The translations under genes and the position numbers were made by a program. The notes beneath the pieces are model-generated. The model did not search any database. It was not told the DNA's origin and was given only the letters and a program-made list of their open reading frames with translations. A DNA stretch of 60,366 bases, the filler included. It is 6 parts of 6 records of this genome, joined end to end, with 100 filler letters (N's around TTAATTAATTAA, not from the genome) between each part and the next. Parts side by side here need not be neighbours in the genome. Positions count along the whole stretch, not along the records: positions 42,303 to 55,142 come from SRR31156797_22338; positions 55,243 to 60,366 come from SRR31156797_22339; 4 more parts are not named here. One strand, given 5' to 3'. Shown one piece after another: positions 50,423-60,366 of this stretch. Every line of letters starts with the position of its first letter. The stretch's first letter is position 1.

Positions 50423-51838
50423 TCACTCCTTTGCAAGAAGGAATTCTGGGTATGCACTGATACCATGTTCGACTACGTCCAGTCCAGCAATCTCATGTTC
50501 TTCAGAGACACGAAGTCCAATAATTATATCGAGTATCTTGAAGACAATGAATGAGATTCCGAATGCCCATGCAATACTGAGTATTACTGCAACTATCTGT
50601 ATTGCAAGGAGTCCCATTCCACCACCGTAGAAGAGACCTGCTGTCTCTGCGGTGTATGCTGCACCTTCAAGGATTGAACCTTCTCCTGGTCCTAGTGCGA
50701 AGAGTCCTACGGCAATAAGTCCCCAGCTACCGGTATATCCGTGTACCGCAATTGCACCTACGGGGTCATCGACCTTGAGTACATTCTCATTGAACATTAC
50801 ACCTGCGTATACTATAATACCACCGACGAGACCAATTATGATTGCACCAATGTTACTAACTGAACCACAAGGTGCTGTGATTGCCACAAGGCCTGCAAGC
50901 ATTCCGTTTGCTGTAAGGGATGGGTCTGGCTTTCCTGTCTTCATCCAGGTAATGATCATTACTATGATCGTTCCTGCAGCAGCTGCCAGGAATGTGTTAA
51001 CAATTACAATGTTGACAAATGGGTCCATTGCATCAAGGGTACTACCACCATTGAATCCTACCCAACCGAATGCCAGTATAAGGGTACCGAGGAATGCGAG
51101 TGGAAGACTGTGACCTGGAATTGCCATTGCCTCTCCATTCTTGAACTTACCTATTCTTGCACCAACTACAAGCACACCTGCAAGAGCTGAGTATCCACCA
51201 ATTGAGTGTACTACACCGGAACCTGCAAAGTCGTGGTGTCCGACACCAATTGCGTCAACAAGGAAACCGCTTGTAAGTATTCCTGAACCACTCCATACCC
51301 AGTGACCATATACTGGATAGATGAGTGCTACCATAAGTACTGTGTAAACAAGATATGCCTTAAAGTCAGTCCTCTCAGCCATTGCACCGGATACGATTGT
51401 TGCACCGGTTGCTGCGAAGACCATCTGGAACCACCAGCTGTTCCATAATGCGTTGTCAGCTCCCATAAGGAAGAACTGGTCAATGCCTATGAGACCTGCA
51501 TAGTCAGAACCATACATGATTCCCCAGCCTACTGCCCAGTATACAACTACACCAAGACAGATGGTCATGAAGTTCTTCATGAGGATGTTGGCTGTGTTCT
51601 TTGTACGTGTCAGGCCTATCTCAACAAGTGAGAAACCTGCATGCATCAGGAACACTATTGCACCTGCAATGAGTAGCCACATGAATGTGAGTGCTGTCTC
51701 GAGGTTTGCTATTGATTCGCTGTTCTCTTCAACTGTTCCTGCTGATGCCGGAACTATGAATAACATAAATATGACGCTCATTAGCAGTAAAACCTGCCAG
51801 ATCATCTTTGAATTGAGTTTCTGTGATATTCCATACAT
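50423..51838 (-). CDS. amtB: Ammonium transporter
   Basis: FQMVFAA, SGAMAER, DFAGSGVVH, GW.GFNGGS, GLVAIT, DDPVGA..VHG; start reassigned to MYGISQ after SD AGGTG. Confidence 0.96.
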   Translation of the reverse strand: MYGISQKLNSKMIWQVLLLMSVIFMLFIVPASAGTVEENSESIANLETALTFMWLLIAGAIVFLMHAGFSLVEIGLTRTKNTANILMKNFMTICLGVVVYWAVGWGIMYGSDYAGLIGIDQFFLMGADNALWNSWWFQMVFAATGATIVSGAMAERTDFKAYLVYTVLMVALIYPVYGHWVWSGSGILTSGFLVDAIGVGHHDFAGSGVVHSIGGYSALAGVLVVGARIGKFKNGEAMAIPGHSLPLAFLGTLILAFGWVGFNGGSTLDAMDPFVNIVIVNTFLAAAAGTIIVMIITWMKTGKPDPSLTANGMLAGLVAITAPCGSVSNIGAIIIGLVGGIIVYAGVMFNENVLKVDDPVGAIAVHGYTGSWGLIAVGLFALGPGEGSILEGAAYTAETAGLFYGGGMGLLAIQIVAVILSIAWAFGISFIVFKILDIIIGLRVSEEHEIAGLDVVEHGISAYPEFLLAKE

Positions 51839-52388
51839 GAGTAACACCTTTGTTTTATCTTCATTAGGAAGACGGATGCTATGTGTAGACTTCATATTAT
51901 TTAAATATTCTGGTTTATGCCGAGTACTCTCACTATTTATACAATATTATGGCAATATTTCACACACAGTAATGCGCATTTAGAGCCAAAACTGAAGTAA
52001 AATATCACAAATCCCACACATAGTATATTTTTCTATTATAGTAATATAAAAAGAGTTCTGCAATTTCGCACACTTACAACATGTTTGCACACATTTCGCG
52101 GGTAAGAGTTTAAGATGACTAAAAATATTTGAATTTTTATTGTGCTATGGAACTATTTATATAGCATGTACTGTGAAAATAATATTGACGTTTGAATGCC
52201 TCTTTTTTACTTTAGCAAAAATAAAGAAGGCTTCCTCTTAGAAGTATCAAAGAGTGAAACAGGAGAACAAAGAAAAAAGCAAAAGTGGGAACAAAGAAAA
52301 CAGGATTTACTTGCTATTCAATAATATTTTATTGCAACATGTATTGTGTCCGGTTTTTGTTCATATACAACCCCGGATTATCATGTAA

Positions 52389-53483
52389 TTAGTTCATGGA
52401 CTCTGCAATTTTAATTATTTCTTTCTTATCCAGAGTAGAATCTATTGATATCCTCAAATTACCTGTATTCCATTCCAGCAATCTGTTTTCATCAAAAGTA
52501 AAGAGTGTCCCTTCGATATCATTTATGTAAATACTGGCTCCTTCTTCGGAACTTGGCATTGATACATTAGCATCTGCATAGTAAATCTCAGTAATGTGGA
52601 ATGTCTCTTCTCCGTTTGAGTAGACAAGTGTGGCATATTCCTGTACCGATGAAGTTTCAGCAAGTTCCTCGTTGGTAAATACTGTTTCCAGTTCATAGCC
52701 AACAGGCAGGTAGGACGGTGTCATAATGCTGAAGTTACAGGCTTGTTGCACTTGTTCCAGTGTACGGGTGCCTGTAATATCGTAAATATCGTCAATTATC
52801 TGGACCTCAGCACCCTCTGGGATTTCAAATTCAAAATATTCGTCTCCCATGCCTGTGTTTACTTTAAAGCTTCTGTATTCCACCTTGTAATAAAACCCCT
52901 CGGCATCTTCCCCATTAGCTGTGGCAACTGATTCAATCCTCAATGGTATCCATGTCTCTTCGTCAAACCAGACAGTTATATCCTGACGAGGGATGTCACT
53001 TTTAGTTTCATTCTCTTTTGTATGGATTGATACTACGTAAGTATCCCTTCCTTCAAGGGTATCTACCCTGTCAACTGAGATTTCACTGCTATTCAGGTGT
53101 TGGCTTATTATTGTAGAATAGTCAATTTTGCCTGCAGTCTGCATTTCCGGTATTTCGAATACCTGAACCAAATTCCTGTCAGGGTTATACACCCATGTTT
53201 TTTCACCATTGCAAACAGTGGTATCACCTATGTTTTTTTCCGGAGATCTTATAACGGTTTTTGTCTTTCCGGGAGCCTTGTATGAATAATCATATTCCAT
53301 TACCTGGCTTTGTCCTGAATATGAAAATTCGGTATATATCGTAGTAGAATAGTCCGTGATGTTTTCCTGTTTTTTCTGTATTTCTTCTGCTATTCTGTCA
53401 GCTGTCATCTGCTCATCGATACATCCTGTTCCAAGCAAAGCTATGCATAGCAGTAGCACTACTGACAAAAATCTTTTTTTCAT
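52389..53483 (-). CDS. Lipoprotein with LolA-like/DUF2092 and DUF4367-type domains
   Basis: Lipobox LGTGC; YK.PGK, NGEKTWVYNP, WFD.ETW.P, F.FEIPEGA, PSYLP.GY, EIIKIAESM. Confidence 0.8.
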   Translation of the reverse strand: MKKRFLSVVLLLCIALLGTGCIDEQMTADRIAEEIQKKQENITDYSTTIYTEFSYSGQSQVMEYDYSYKAPGKTKTVIRSPEKNIGDTTVCNGEKTWVYNPDRNLVQVFEIPEMQTAGKIDYSTIISQHLNSSEISVDRVDTLEGRDTYVVSIHTKENETKSDIPRQDITVWFDEETWIPLRIESVATANGEDAEGFYYKVEYRSFKVNTGMGDEYFEFEIPEGAEVQIIDDIYDITGTRTLEQVQQACNFSIMTPSYLPVGYELETVFTNEELAETSSVQEYATLVYSNGEETFHITEIYYADANVSMPSSEEGASIYINDIEGTLFTFDENRLLEWNTGNLRISIDSTLDKKEIIKIAESMN

Positions 53484-53656
53484 CTAACCAGCCTCTCTTT
53501 GACAAATACTCCAAAATTCTGCTTTTATCAGTAACCCCCATTACTTTGCAGAATTTGCAAAAACTAAAATCAATTTTTAGCTTGCTTTTCTATGACTCCT
53601 TGGTATATAATAATTATTAAGTATTAGAATAATAAAATTTAAATTATCATATTTTT

Positions 53657-53895
53657 GGCTCTGTAAAAATCTCCATTTTAATGGCTAATGCATTCCTGAC
53701 GTATCTATCATGATTGCAGACTATTAATTTCATAGGAGTCATTGTGGTTTAAAATTGCCGGTATGCAGAAAAAGAGTTGAGATCAACATATTTCATTCCA
53801 CTTTTCAGATCGTGCCGGTTTCGCCGGAACTTCCCAGGATGGTTTTAGTGCTCATGACTTCTATTTATCATATTTATTGTTGTGTATGCTCTGGC
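53657..53895 (+). mobile_element. MITE-like element, copy G (degenerate right end)
   Basis: GGCTCTGTAAAAAT end; CCGGTATGCAGAAAAAGAGTTGA and CGTGCCGGTTTCGCCGGAAC cores. Confidence 0.7.
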
Positions 53896-54024
53896 ATGCG
53901 TATAGCTCTGAATTACTCGAATATCTGAGTAAATAGTTCAAGAGTATTGTTTACTGGTAAAACTAGCAATAATGAAAGTCAGCAGACGTAATTAGAAAAA
54001 AGCAAGGTTCAGAATGAATAGCAA

Positions 54025-54999
54025 TTAAAGCTTCTTCATCTTACTGTATTCCATAACTGCAGAAACAGGATGTGTGTCGACCTGTATTCCGGCTTCTTCC
54101 ACAGCAGCAACAGAATTGATTCCAACCATGACGGGTATACCGACTTTTCCTCTTTCAATGGGTGCATAGAGTACTTCTTCCCCGGGTTCACCAATTGTTA
54201 AGGGTCCGTTGATGTCATGTTTACTGGCATCTTTAAGGACGGTTTCTGCTCTCTGGGCAGCTGATGCCGGGATCTGCCTGACATTTGCAAGCATCTTTCC
54301 GTTGCCGGTTTCAATAGCTTCAAGTATGGATGTTGCTTTTCGTCTCAGGAAAATCTTGATAGGATCGATGGATGTTCCATCATATGATATCAGGTCAAGA
54401 AAACCTGCAGGGGTGTGATTCTCCATCTGCATAAGTCCGCCATATACAGGGACAACAGGAATTCCACTTTTCAAAAGCAGTCCATCAAAAGTTATACTAC
54501 AGACGGTTGCAACAGCAACTTTGCCTTCGGGAACATATATGTCAAGTTGTGTATCCTCTTCTATGATACCTACTCTTGGGCTGATGGTTGCACCATGTTC
54601 CATTGCATATTTTATGATATCTGTGGCGTTATCGTAATCATCCTTGTCGATATTCGTAATATTAACAATCACGTTACCTTTGCCAGTATCCATGTCGTAG
54701 TCTGCCTTGTAGATCAGTTCTTCAATTTTGGTAATTACAAACCCGAACCTGTCACTTATAAGTGCATCATTGAGTTCTTTTTTTCCACGTTCGGTAATAG
54801 TACGGCCTATGTATCCATGTTTCTTTGTAAATCCACGTTCGTCAAGTATCCGCAAATGGTATCGTACGGCTCTTTCCCCGATTGCATAACCACGGTTATG
54901 CAATTCGTCAGCTATAAGGCGAGCACCAAGGGGTTTATCGCTTTCGCTGATAATGCGCATGATCTCAACAAGCTTTCTCTCAACATTTGGATCTGTCAT
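54025..54999 (-). CDS. nrpR: Nitrogen repressor NrpR (NrpRI-type: wHTH plus NrpR regulatory domain)
   Basis: PLGARLIADEL..RGY.IGERAVRYHL..LDERG wHTH; TVCSITFDG.L...GIP, ISY.G.SIDP, LAN.R motifs. Confidence 0.9.
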   Translation of the reverse strand: MTDPNVERKLVEIMRIISESDKPLGARLIADELHNRGYAIGERAVRYHLRILDERGFTKKHGYIGRTITERGKKELNDALISDRFGFVITKIEELIYKADYDMDTGKGNVIVNITNIDKDDYDNATDIIKYAMEHGATISPRVGIIEEDTQLDIYVPEGKVAVATVCSITFDGLLLKSGIPVVPVYGGLMQMENHTPAGFLDLISYDGTSIDPIKIFLRRKATSILEAIETGNGKMLANVRQIPASAAQRAETVLKDASKHDINGPLTIGEPGEEVLYAPIERGKVGIPVMVGINSVAAVEEAGIQVDTHPVSAVMEYSKMKKL

Positions 55000-55142
55000 T
55001 TTCTCACTCGAACATGTTTATGCGTGGCTACCACGGAGTAGTAGTTATTATCTGTGTCTATTTAAGATATACTATTAGTATTCATATTCTCCCTGTACGC
55101 AGAATGTATATTACAAGCCACATTCCAAGGAAACCTGCCATA

Positions 55143-55242
55143 NNNNNNNNNNNNNNNNNNNNNNNNNNNNNNNNNNNNNNNNNNNNTTAATTAATTAANN
55201 NNNNNNNNNNNNNNNNNNNNNNNNNNNNNNNNNNNNNNNNNN
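55143..55242. other. Artificial contig spacer
   Basis: N-run with TTAATTAATTAA. Confidence 0.99.
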
Positions 55243-57603
55243 TATGCCATGAGTGTTATCGTCAGTCGTGCATTACCTGATGCAAAGGACGGTTTAAAAC
55301 CCGTTCACCGCAGAATACTTTATGCAATGAAGGAAGGTGGGATCACCTATGACAAGGCTTACAAGAAGTCCGCCCGTGTAGTGGGAGACGTTCTCGGTAA
55401 ATACCACCCACACGGTGATACTGCTGTTTACGATTCCCTTGTCAGGATGGTACAGGACTTCTCACTGAGATACCCATTCATAGACGGACAGGGAAACTTC
55501 GGTTCAATTGATGGTGATTCTGCAGCAGCCATGCGTTACACTGAGGTCCGCATGGACAAGATATGCGATGAGATGCTCCTTGATATCGACAAGGACACCA
55601 TTGCAATGCGCCCGAACTACGACGGTTCACTGGAAGAACCTGTCGTGCTTCCTGCAAAACTCCCGAACCTGCTTATCAACGGTTCCACAGGTATTGCTGT
55701 GGGTATGGCCACCAATATGGCACCCCATAACCTTACCGAGGTCATCGATGCAACCAGAATGCTCATCGATAATCCTGATGTCACGATACCGGAACTAATG
55801 ACAGTCGTCAAAGGACCGGATTTCCCCACAGGTGGTGTGATACTTGGAAAACAGGGTATCAGATCTGCCTATGAGACAGGTCGTGGCAGGGTCAAGATAA
55901 GAGCTGTGGCTGAGATAGAGGAGATGAAGAAGGACAAGTACCGGATAATTGTAACAGAACTGCCTTATCAGGTTAACAAGGCAAAACTCATTGAGGATAT
56001 AGCTGCCCTTGTAAGGGAAAAGAAGATCACAGGAGTATCCGACCTGCGTGATGAGTCGGACCGTGACGGTATCCGTGTTGTTGTGGAACTTACCCGTGGA
56101 ACCAATGCGAACGTAGTCCTCAACCAACTCTACAAGCATACACAGATGCAGACGACCTTTGGTATCATCAATCTCGCACTTGTGGATGATGTCCCAAGGG
56201 AACTGAACCTGAAAGAGATACTCCGCATCTATCTGGAACACCGTATCGATGTCATCCAGAGACGTACTCAATTCCTTTTGAAGAAGGCAGAGGACAGGGC
56301 TCACATACTTAAAGGTCTCAAGATAGCACTCGACCATCTAGATGAAGTAATCTCCCTGATACGTTCCTCCAAGACAGTGGAAGATGCCAGGGAAGGGCTC
56401 ATATCTAATTTCGGACTTGATGAGATACAGGCAAAGGCCATACTTGATATGCGTTTGCAGAAGCTCACCGGGCTTGAAAGACAGAAGATCGATGATGAAT
56501 ACGATGAACTGCTCAAGCAGATCGCAGAATACAAGTCTATTATCGAAAGTGATCAGAAGAAGTATGGCATGATCAGAGATGAACTCTCAGATCTGAGAGA
56601 ACGTTTTGGTGATGAACGCAGAACTGTTATCCAGTCATCAGTTGAGGAACTTGAGACAGAAGACCTTATTCCTGTAGAGGATATGGTGGTTACTATCACC
56701 AACAGCGGTTACATCAAGAGACTTCCTGTTGATACGTATTCCAAGCAACATAGGGGAGGAAAGGGCGTAATTGGAATGGACACCAAGGATGAGGATTTCG
56801 TGGTGGACATCTTCGTTGCCTCTACACATAACTATATTATGTTCTTTACCAACAAAGGACGTGTACACTGGCGCAAGGTATATGAGATACCCGAAGGTAG
56901 CAGACAGGCGCGTGGCAAGGCTATTGTCAACCTGCTTGAACTTGGAGAAGGTGAACTTGTTACAGCAATGATACCTGTTGGCGAGTTCAAGGAAGACCAG
57001 TACCTTTTCATGGCTACCCGTACTGGTACGGTCAAGAAAAGTCAGCTGTCAGACTTCAGCAATCCACGCAAGAAGGGCATAATAGCAATCAACCTTATTG
57101 ATGAAGATGAACTTGTCAATGTCGCACTTACCGATGGTTCAAAGGACATGGTAATGGTTTCAAGACACGGAAAGGCAATACGCTTCAATGAAGGAGAAGT
57201 TCGTGCAATGGGACGCAGCGCCAAGGGTGTCCGCGGAATGAATCTCGAAGATGGTGATATGGTGGTAAGTCTTGATGTTGTGGATGAGACTGCCTCGCTT
57301 CTTACTGTGACTGAGAACGGTTTTGGAAAGAGAACAGAGTTTAAGGAATACAGATCCATGCACAGGGGCGGACGTGGTGTCATAACCATAATCACAAGCC
57401 TGCGTAACGGACCGGTCATTAATGTAAAAGCTGTTCACGACGAGGATGACGTCATACTGACCAGTTCAGAAGGCATCATAATCCGTATTCCAGTGAAGGA
57501 TGTACGTGTTCAGGGCAGGAACACTCAGGGTGTAAAAATAATGAATGTACGCGCCAGCGATAAAGTCGTTGGAGTAGCAAAAATAAAGGCTGAAAATGAC
57601 TAG
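55243..57603 (+). CDS. gyrA: DNA gyrase subunit A, 5'-truncated
   Basis: [27 protein letters not shown], GyrA-box QHRGGKG, C-terminal pinwheel repeats. Confidence 0.97.
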   Translation, partial: YAMSVIVSRALPDAKDGLKPVHRRILYAMKEGGITYDKAYKKSARVVGDVLGKYHPHGDTAVYDSLVRMVQDFSLRYPFIDGQGNFGSIDGDSAAAMRYTEVRMDKICDEMLLDIDKDTIAMRPNYDGSLEEPVVLPAKLPNLLINGSTGIAVGMATNMAPHNLTEVIDATRMLIDNPDVTIPELMTVVKGPDFPTGGVILGKQGIRSAYETGRGRVKIRAVAEIEEMKKDKYRIIVTELPYQVNKAKLIEDIAALVREKKITGVSDLRDESDRDGIRVVVELTRGTNANVVLNQLYKHTQMQTTFGIINLALVDDVPRELNLKEILRIYLEHRIDVIQRRTQFLLKKAEDRAHILKGLKIALDHLDEVISLIRSSKTVEDAREGLISNFGLDEIQAKAILDMRLQKLTGLERQKIDDEYDELLKQIAEYKSIIESDQKKYGMIRDELSDLRERFGDERRTVIQSSVEELETEDLIPVEDMVVTITNSGYIKRLPVDTYSKQHRGGKGVIGMDTKDEDFVVDIFVASTHNYIMFFTNKGRVHWRKVYEIPEGSRQARGKAIVNLLELGEGELVTAMIPVGEFKEDQYLFMATRTGTVKKSQLSDFSNPRKKGIIAINLIDEDELVNVALTDGSKDMVMVSRHGKAIRFNEGEVRAMGRSAKGVRGMNLEDGDMVVSLDVVDETASLLTVTENGFGKRTEFKEYRSMHRGGRGVITIITSLRNGPVINVKAVHDEDDVILTSSEGIIIRIPVKDVRVQGRNTQGVKIMNVRASDKVVGVAKIKAEND

Positions 57604-57690
57604 ATGTAAATGCTTTTAAGCATTAACTATATCTAGTTGTCTGAGTAGCTAGGCATAAAAATTCGTATAACCAATTCAGGATGATATATT

Positions 57691-58587
57691 ATGGAACTTG
57701 AGAAATTAAGACACGGTACTGAGCTTATCAAACGCGGCTTTGCAAAGATGCAGAAAGGCGGCGTAATTATGGATGTCGTGAACGCCGAGCAGGCAAAGAT
57801 TGCTGAAGAAGCAGGCGCTGTTGCTGTAATGGCACTTCAGGCTGTACCTGCTGACATCAGGAAGGAAGGCGGAGTTGCCAGGATGGCAGACCCACAGATA
57901 ATCTCAGATATCATTGCAGCTGTTACTATCCCTGTTATGGGAAAAGCACGTATCGGTCACTTTGTGGAAGCTGAGATCCTTGAAGCTCTTGGTGTTGATA
58001 TGGTGGATGAGTCTGAAGTACTCACACCAGCTGATAACAGCTATCACATCGACAAGACAGAGTTCACTGTTCCTTTCGTATGTGGAGCAAGGAACCTTGG
58101 CGAAGCACTCCGCAGAATTAACGAGGGCGCTGCTATGATTCGTACAAAGGGTGAAGCAGGTACCGGTGACGTTAGTGAGGCTGTCAAGCACATGAAGCAG
58201 ATACTGGGAGAGATCCGTGCACTTAAAGGCATGACAAAGGAAGAGCTCATTGCTGTAGCACGTGATATTGAAGCACCTATCGAGCTTGTCATGGAAACCG
58301 CAGAGATGCAGCGTATACCTGTAGTGAACTTCGCAGCAGGTGGCGTTGCAACACCTGCAGATGCAGCTCTTATGATGCGCATGGGCGCTGACGGTGTCTT
58401 CGTCGGTTCAGGAATTTTCAAGTCAGAGAATCCTGAAATGATGGCAAAGGCTATCGTTGAGGCTGTTAACAACTACGACAACCCTGAAGTGCTTGCAGAA
58501 GTATCCAAGGGCATTGGTGCAGGAATGAAAGGTATCAGTGTTGATTCGATCCCTGATGCAGACATTCTGCAGACCCGTGGATGGTAA
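57691..58587 (+). CDS. pdxS: PLP synthase lyase subunit
   Basis: [50 protein letters not shown]. Confidence 0.97.
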   Translation: MELEKLRHGTELIKRGFAKMQKGGVIMDVVNAEQAKIAEEAGAVAVMALQAVPADIRKEGGVARMADPQIISDIIAAVTIPVMGKARIGHFVEAEILEALGVDMVDESEVLTPADNSYHIDKTEFTVPFVCGARNLGEALRRINEGAAMIRTKGEAGTGDVSEAVKHMKQILGEIRALKGMTKEELIAVARDIEAPIELVMETAEMQRIPVVNFAAGGVATPADAALMMRMGADGVFVGSGIFKSENPEMMAKAIVEAVNNYDNPEVLAEVSKGIGAGMKGISVDSIPDADILQTRGW

Positions 58588-58642
58588 TCCATCCATCTAT
58601 TCTTTTTTATTCTAATATTCTAACTTACCAAACGTGATCTTC

Positions 58643-59236
58643 ATGAGAATCGGTGTTATTGCTATACAGGGAGATGTCTCCGAACACGTGGAAGCTCTCG
58701 AAAGAGCACTGGATGAACGTGGAGCGAAAGCCGAGATAGTTACTATCAAGCACAAAGGCATTGTCCCAAAATGTGACGCACTCGTACTTCCCGGTGGAGA
58801 GAGTACAACTCTGGGAAAACTACTCATGCGTGAGGGCATCGCGGATGAAATACGCGACATGAGCGCCGCCGGTAAACCCATTATGGGAACCTGTGCAGGT
58901 CTAATATTACTGGCATCCGCAGGCGACGAGCAGGTGGCAAAGACACACCAGCACCTACTGGGACTCATGAATACAAAGGTCAACAGGAACGCATTCGGAA
59001 GACAGCGTGATTCCTTTGAGACAGAACTTGATCTTCCTTTCCTTGATGAAACCTACAATGCGGTCTTCATCAGAGCACCCGGTATAATCGATTCAGGAAA
59101 TGATGTAAGAGTGCTTGCAAAAATTGATGATATGATAGTGGCTGCCGAGCAGGGAAATGTTCTGGCACTGGCGTTCCATCCTGAGCTTACACTTGATACA
59201 AGGGTTCACCAGTATTTTTTGGATAAATTGTTTTGA
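58643..59236 (+). CDS. pdxT: PLP synthase glutaminase subunit
   Basis: IGVIAIQG, LPGGESTT, GTCAGLI, RNAFGRQ..SF, FIRAP, FHPEL. Confidence 0.96.
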   Translation: MRIGVIAIQGDVSEHVEALERALDERGAKAEIVTIKHKGIVPKCDALVLPGGESTTLGKLLMREGIADEIRDMSAAGKPIMGTCAGLILLASAGDEQVAKTHQHLLGLMNTKVNRNAFGRQRDSFETELDLPFLDETYNAVFIRAPGIIDSGNDVRVLAKIDDMIVAAEQGNVLALAFHPELTLDTRVHQYFLDKLF

Positions 59237-59290
59237 GATTGTGCAGAGGTTTTTGTTTGTTTATTGCTCCTTTTGAAAAGTAAAAGTTCA

Positions 59291-59610
59291 GGGTTTGTAA
59301 AAATACTGCTGATTGCAGCTTTGAACTCAGCAATTTTCATTAACTGCATTATTTCAATAGTCTTCATGATAGAAGCGACGGAACGTGCCGCCTGCGGCGG
59401 GTGGTTGCACTGTTCTTTGATTTTCAATGGTTTTTTTAAGCTCTCATAAACACAGAGTACAGGGAATAATAAGTTTGACTAATCGGAAATCATGAAAAAC
59501 TAAAACCAATCAGGAGGGTCCAGCGAAGCCGGCACGATATGAAAAGATGAAGAAAATAATCTGTTGCTTTAACTCTTTTTCTGCATACCGATAATTAAAA
59601 ACTGCGATAA
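59291..59610 (-). mobile_element. MITE-like element, copy H (degenerate)
   Basis: GGGTTTGTAAAAAT end; CCGCCTGCGGCGG, GGAGGGTCCAGCGAAGCCGGCACGA, AATCTGTTGCTTTAACT. Confidence 0.75.
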
Positions 59611-59701
59611 AGCAATCTAGTAGTTAATATCCATACATTATAATAAAATCTAAATTTAAAAAAATATTTATGTTATGTATGTGTTTAAGAGACTGGTACA
59701 T

Positions 59702-59809
59702 ATGAATGAAAAAGCTAGTTTGAATACTATTAAAATGATGGCAGTTATCTTCCTCTATCTTAGCATGATACTGATTCTGGTTGTTGCTGCAGGTATTACT
59801 GGATTCTGA
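59702..59809 (+). CDS. Possible 35-aa single-TM small protein
   Basis: MNEKASLNTIKMMAVIFLYLSMILILVVAAGITGF*; below the ORF-track cutoff. Confidence 0.4.
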   Translation: MNEKASLNTIKMMAVIFLYLSMILILVVAAGITGF

Positions 59810-59929
59810 TTGATTCTAAAACAGAAGAAGACAAACTCAGCATAGTGGAAGCTATCAAAGACACTCGTCCCTGTCAAGTACAAATTACCATACTGAACAA
59901 AGGATTCCAAAAAGAAAAGACATTTAAAC

Positions 59930-60295
59930 TTATACTGAAGTTTCATCCTCTGCAAATGGCACATATATTATGCTACCATCAGCAAGCCTGTATGCCGTGC
60001 CAAGAGGTTCACCGCTTCCACTGCCTACTTCATCAGTCATATTCAGAACTTCCACAGGTTTGCCTTCTTCCTTGATGATCATCTGCATATCTTTTTGTCC
60101 CGGATTTTTAACGATGGTAATATTCTCAGTGGGACTTAGCAGTTCTGGTAATTGGTATGACATGACAAGTGCAACAAGGAGCGCTACGGAGAATACCATT
60201 GCTATGTCAAAAAGATTAGCCACCCCTGTAAGTGGATTTTGCTCATCTTCATCACTTATCTGCCTTCTTCGCCCACGTCCTCTTCTCCTGTTCAA
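59930..60295 (-). CDS. DUF2149 family membrane protein
   Basis: NPLTGVANLFDIAMVFSVALL, KNPG...M..I.K, G.G..LGTAYRL.DG..IYVP; TTG start. Confidence 0.85.
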   Translation of the reverse strand: MNRRRGRGRRRQISDEDEQNPLTGVANLFDIAMVFSVALLVALVMSYQLPELLSPTENITIVKNPGQKDMQMIIKEEGKPVEVLNMTDEVGSGSGEPLGTAYRLADGSIIYVPFAEDETSV

Positions 60296-60366
60296 TCTCT
60301 TTCCCCCAGGATATCCAGGATATAATCAATGTCTGTCATGTCCTGCCAGTACCATCTTTTTCTGAC
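60292..60366 (-). CDS. C-terminal fragment of a MotA/TolQ/ExbB-like protein
   Basis: ...VRKRWYWQDMTDIDYILDILGERD*; stop overlaps the DUF2149 start; RxRWYxxD tail typical of DUF2149 partners. Confidence 0.6.
   Translation of the reverse strand, partial: VRKRWYWQDMTDIDYILDILGERD

Noticed and set aside
51840-52100. Perfect NrpR operator GGAA-N6-TTCC upstream of amtB
   Set aside because: No full match found by eye, so not annotated

Overview
The window is six contigs joined by five 100-bp N/TTAATTAATTAA/N spacers, so gene adjacency holds only within a contig. Contig 1 (1-14636) is bacterial and Gram-negative, probably deltaproteobacterial. It carries an outer-membrane beta-barrel protein, a DUF1566 protein, a NitT/TauT-type ABC transporter, a cNMP-binding protein, an aldo/keto reductase and a glpD plus alkyl-DHAP-synthase-like pair. 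Contigs 2-6 come from a methylotrophic Methanosarcinaceae archaeon (Methanolobus-like by impression). They carry a core methionine synthase, an Na+/solute symporter, nurA-herA, mtaB (partial), a Mo-nitrogenase operon nifH-I1-I2-D-K-E near amtB-glnK and nrpR, gyrA, pdxS/pdxT and a DUF2149/ExbB-like pair. Three things stand out. (1) Contig 3 is an array of apparently three paralogous archaeal pilin-like cassettes, two with their own identically spaced TATA promoter, flanking an 1851-aa secreted protein. (2) That protein has one vWA domain apparently split by two huge insertions (a second vWA and a predicted 8-bladed beta-propeller), suggesting a modular pilus with a PilY1-like adhesin. (3) About eight copies of a 270-400 bp non-coding inverted-repeat element conserve three short GNA-triloop hairpins. 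All family assignments come from motif recognition; no database search was run.
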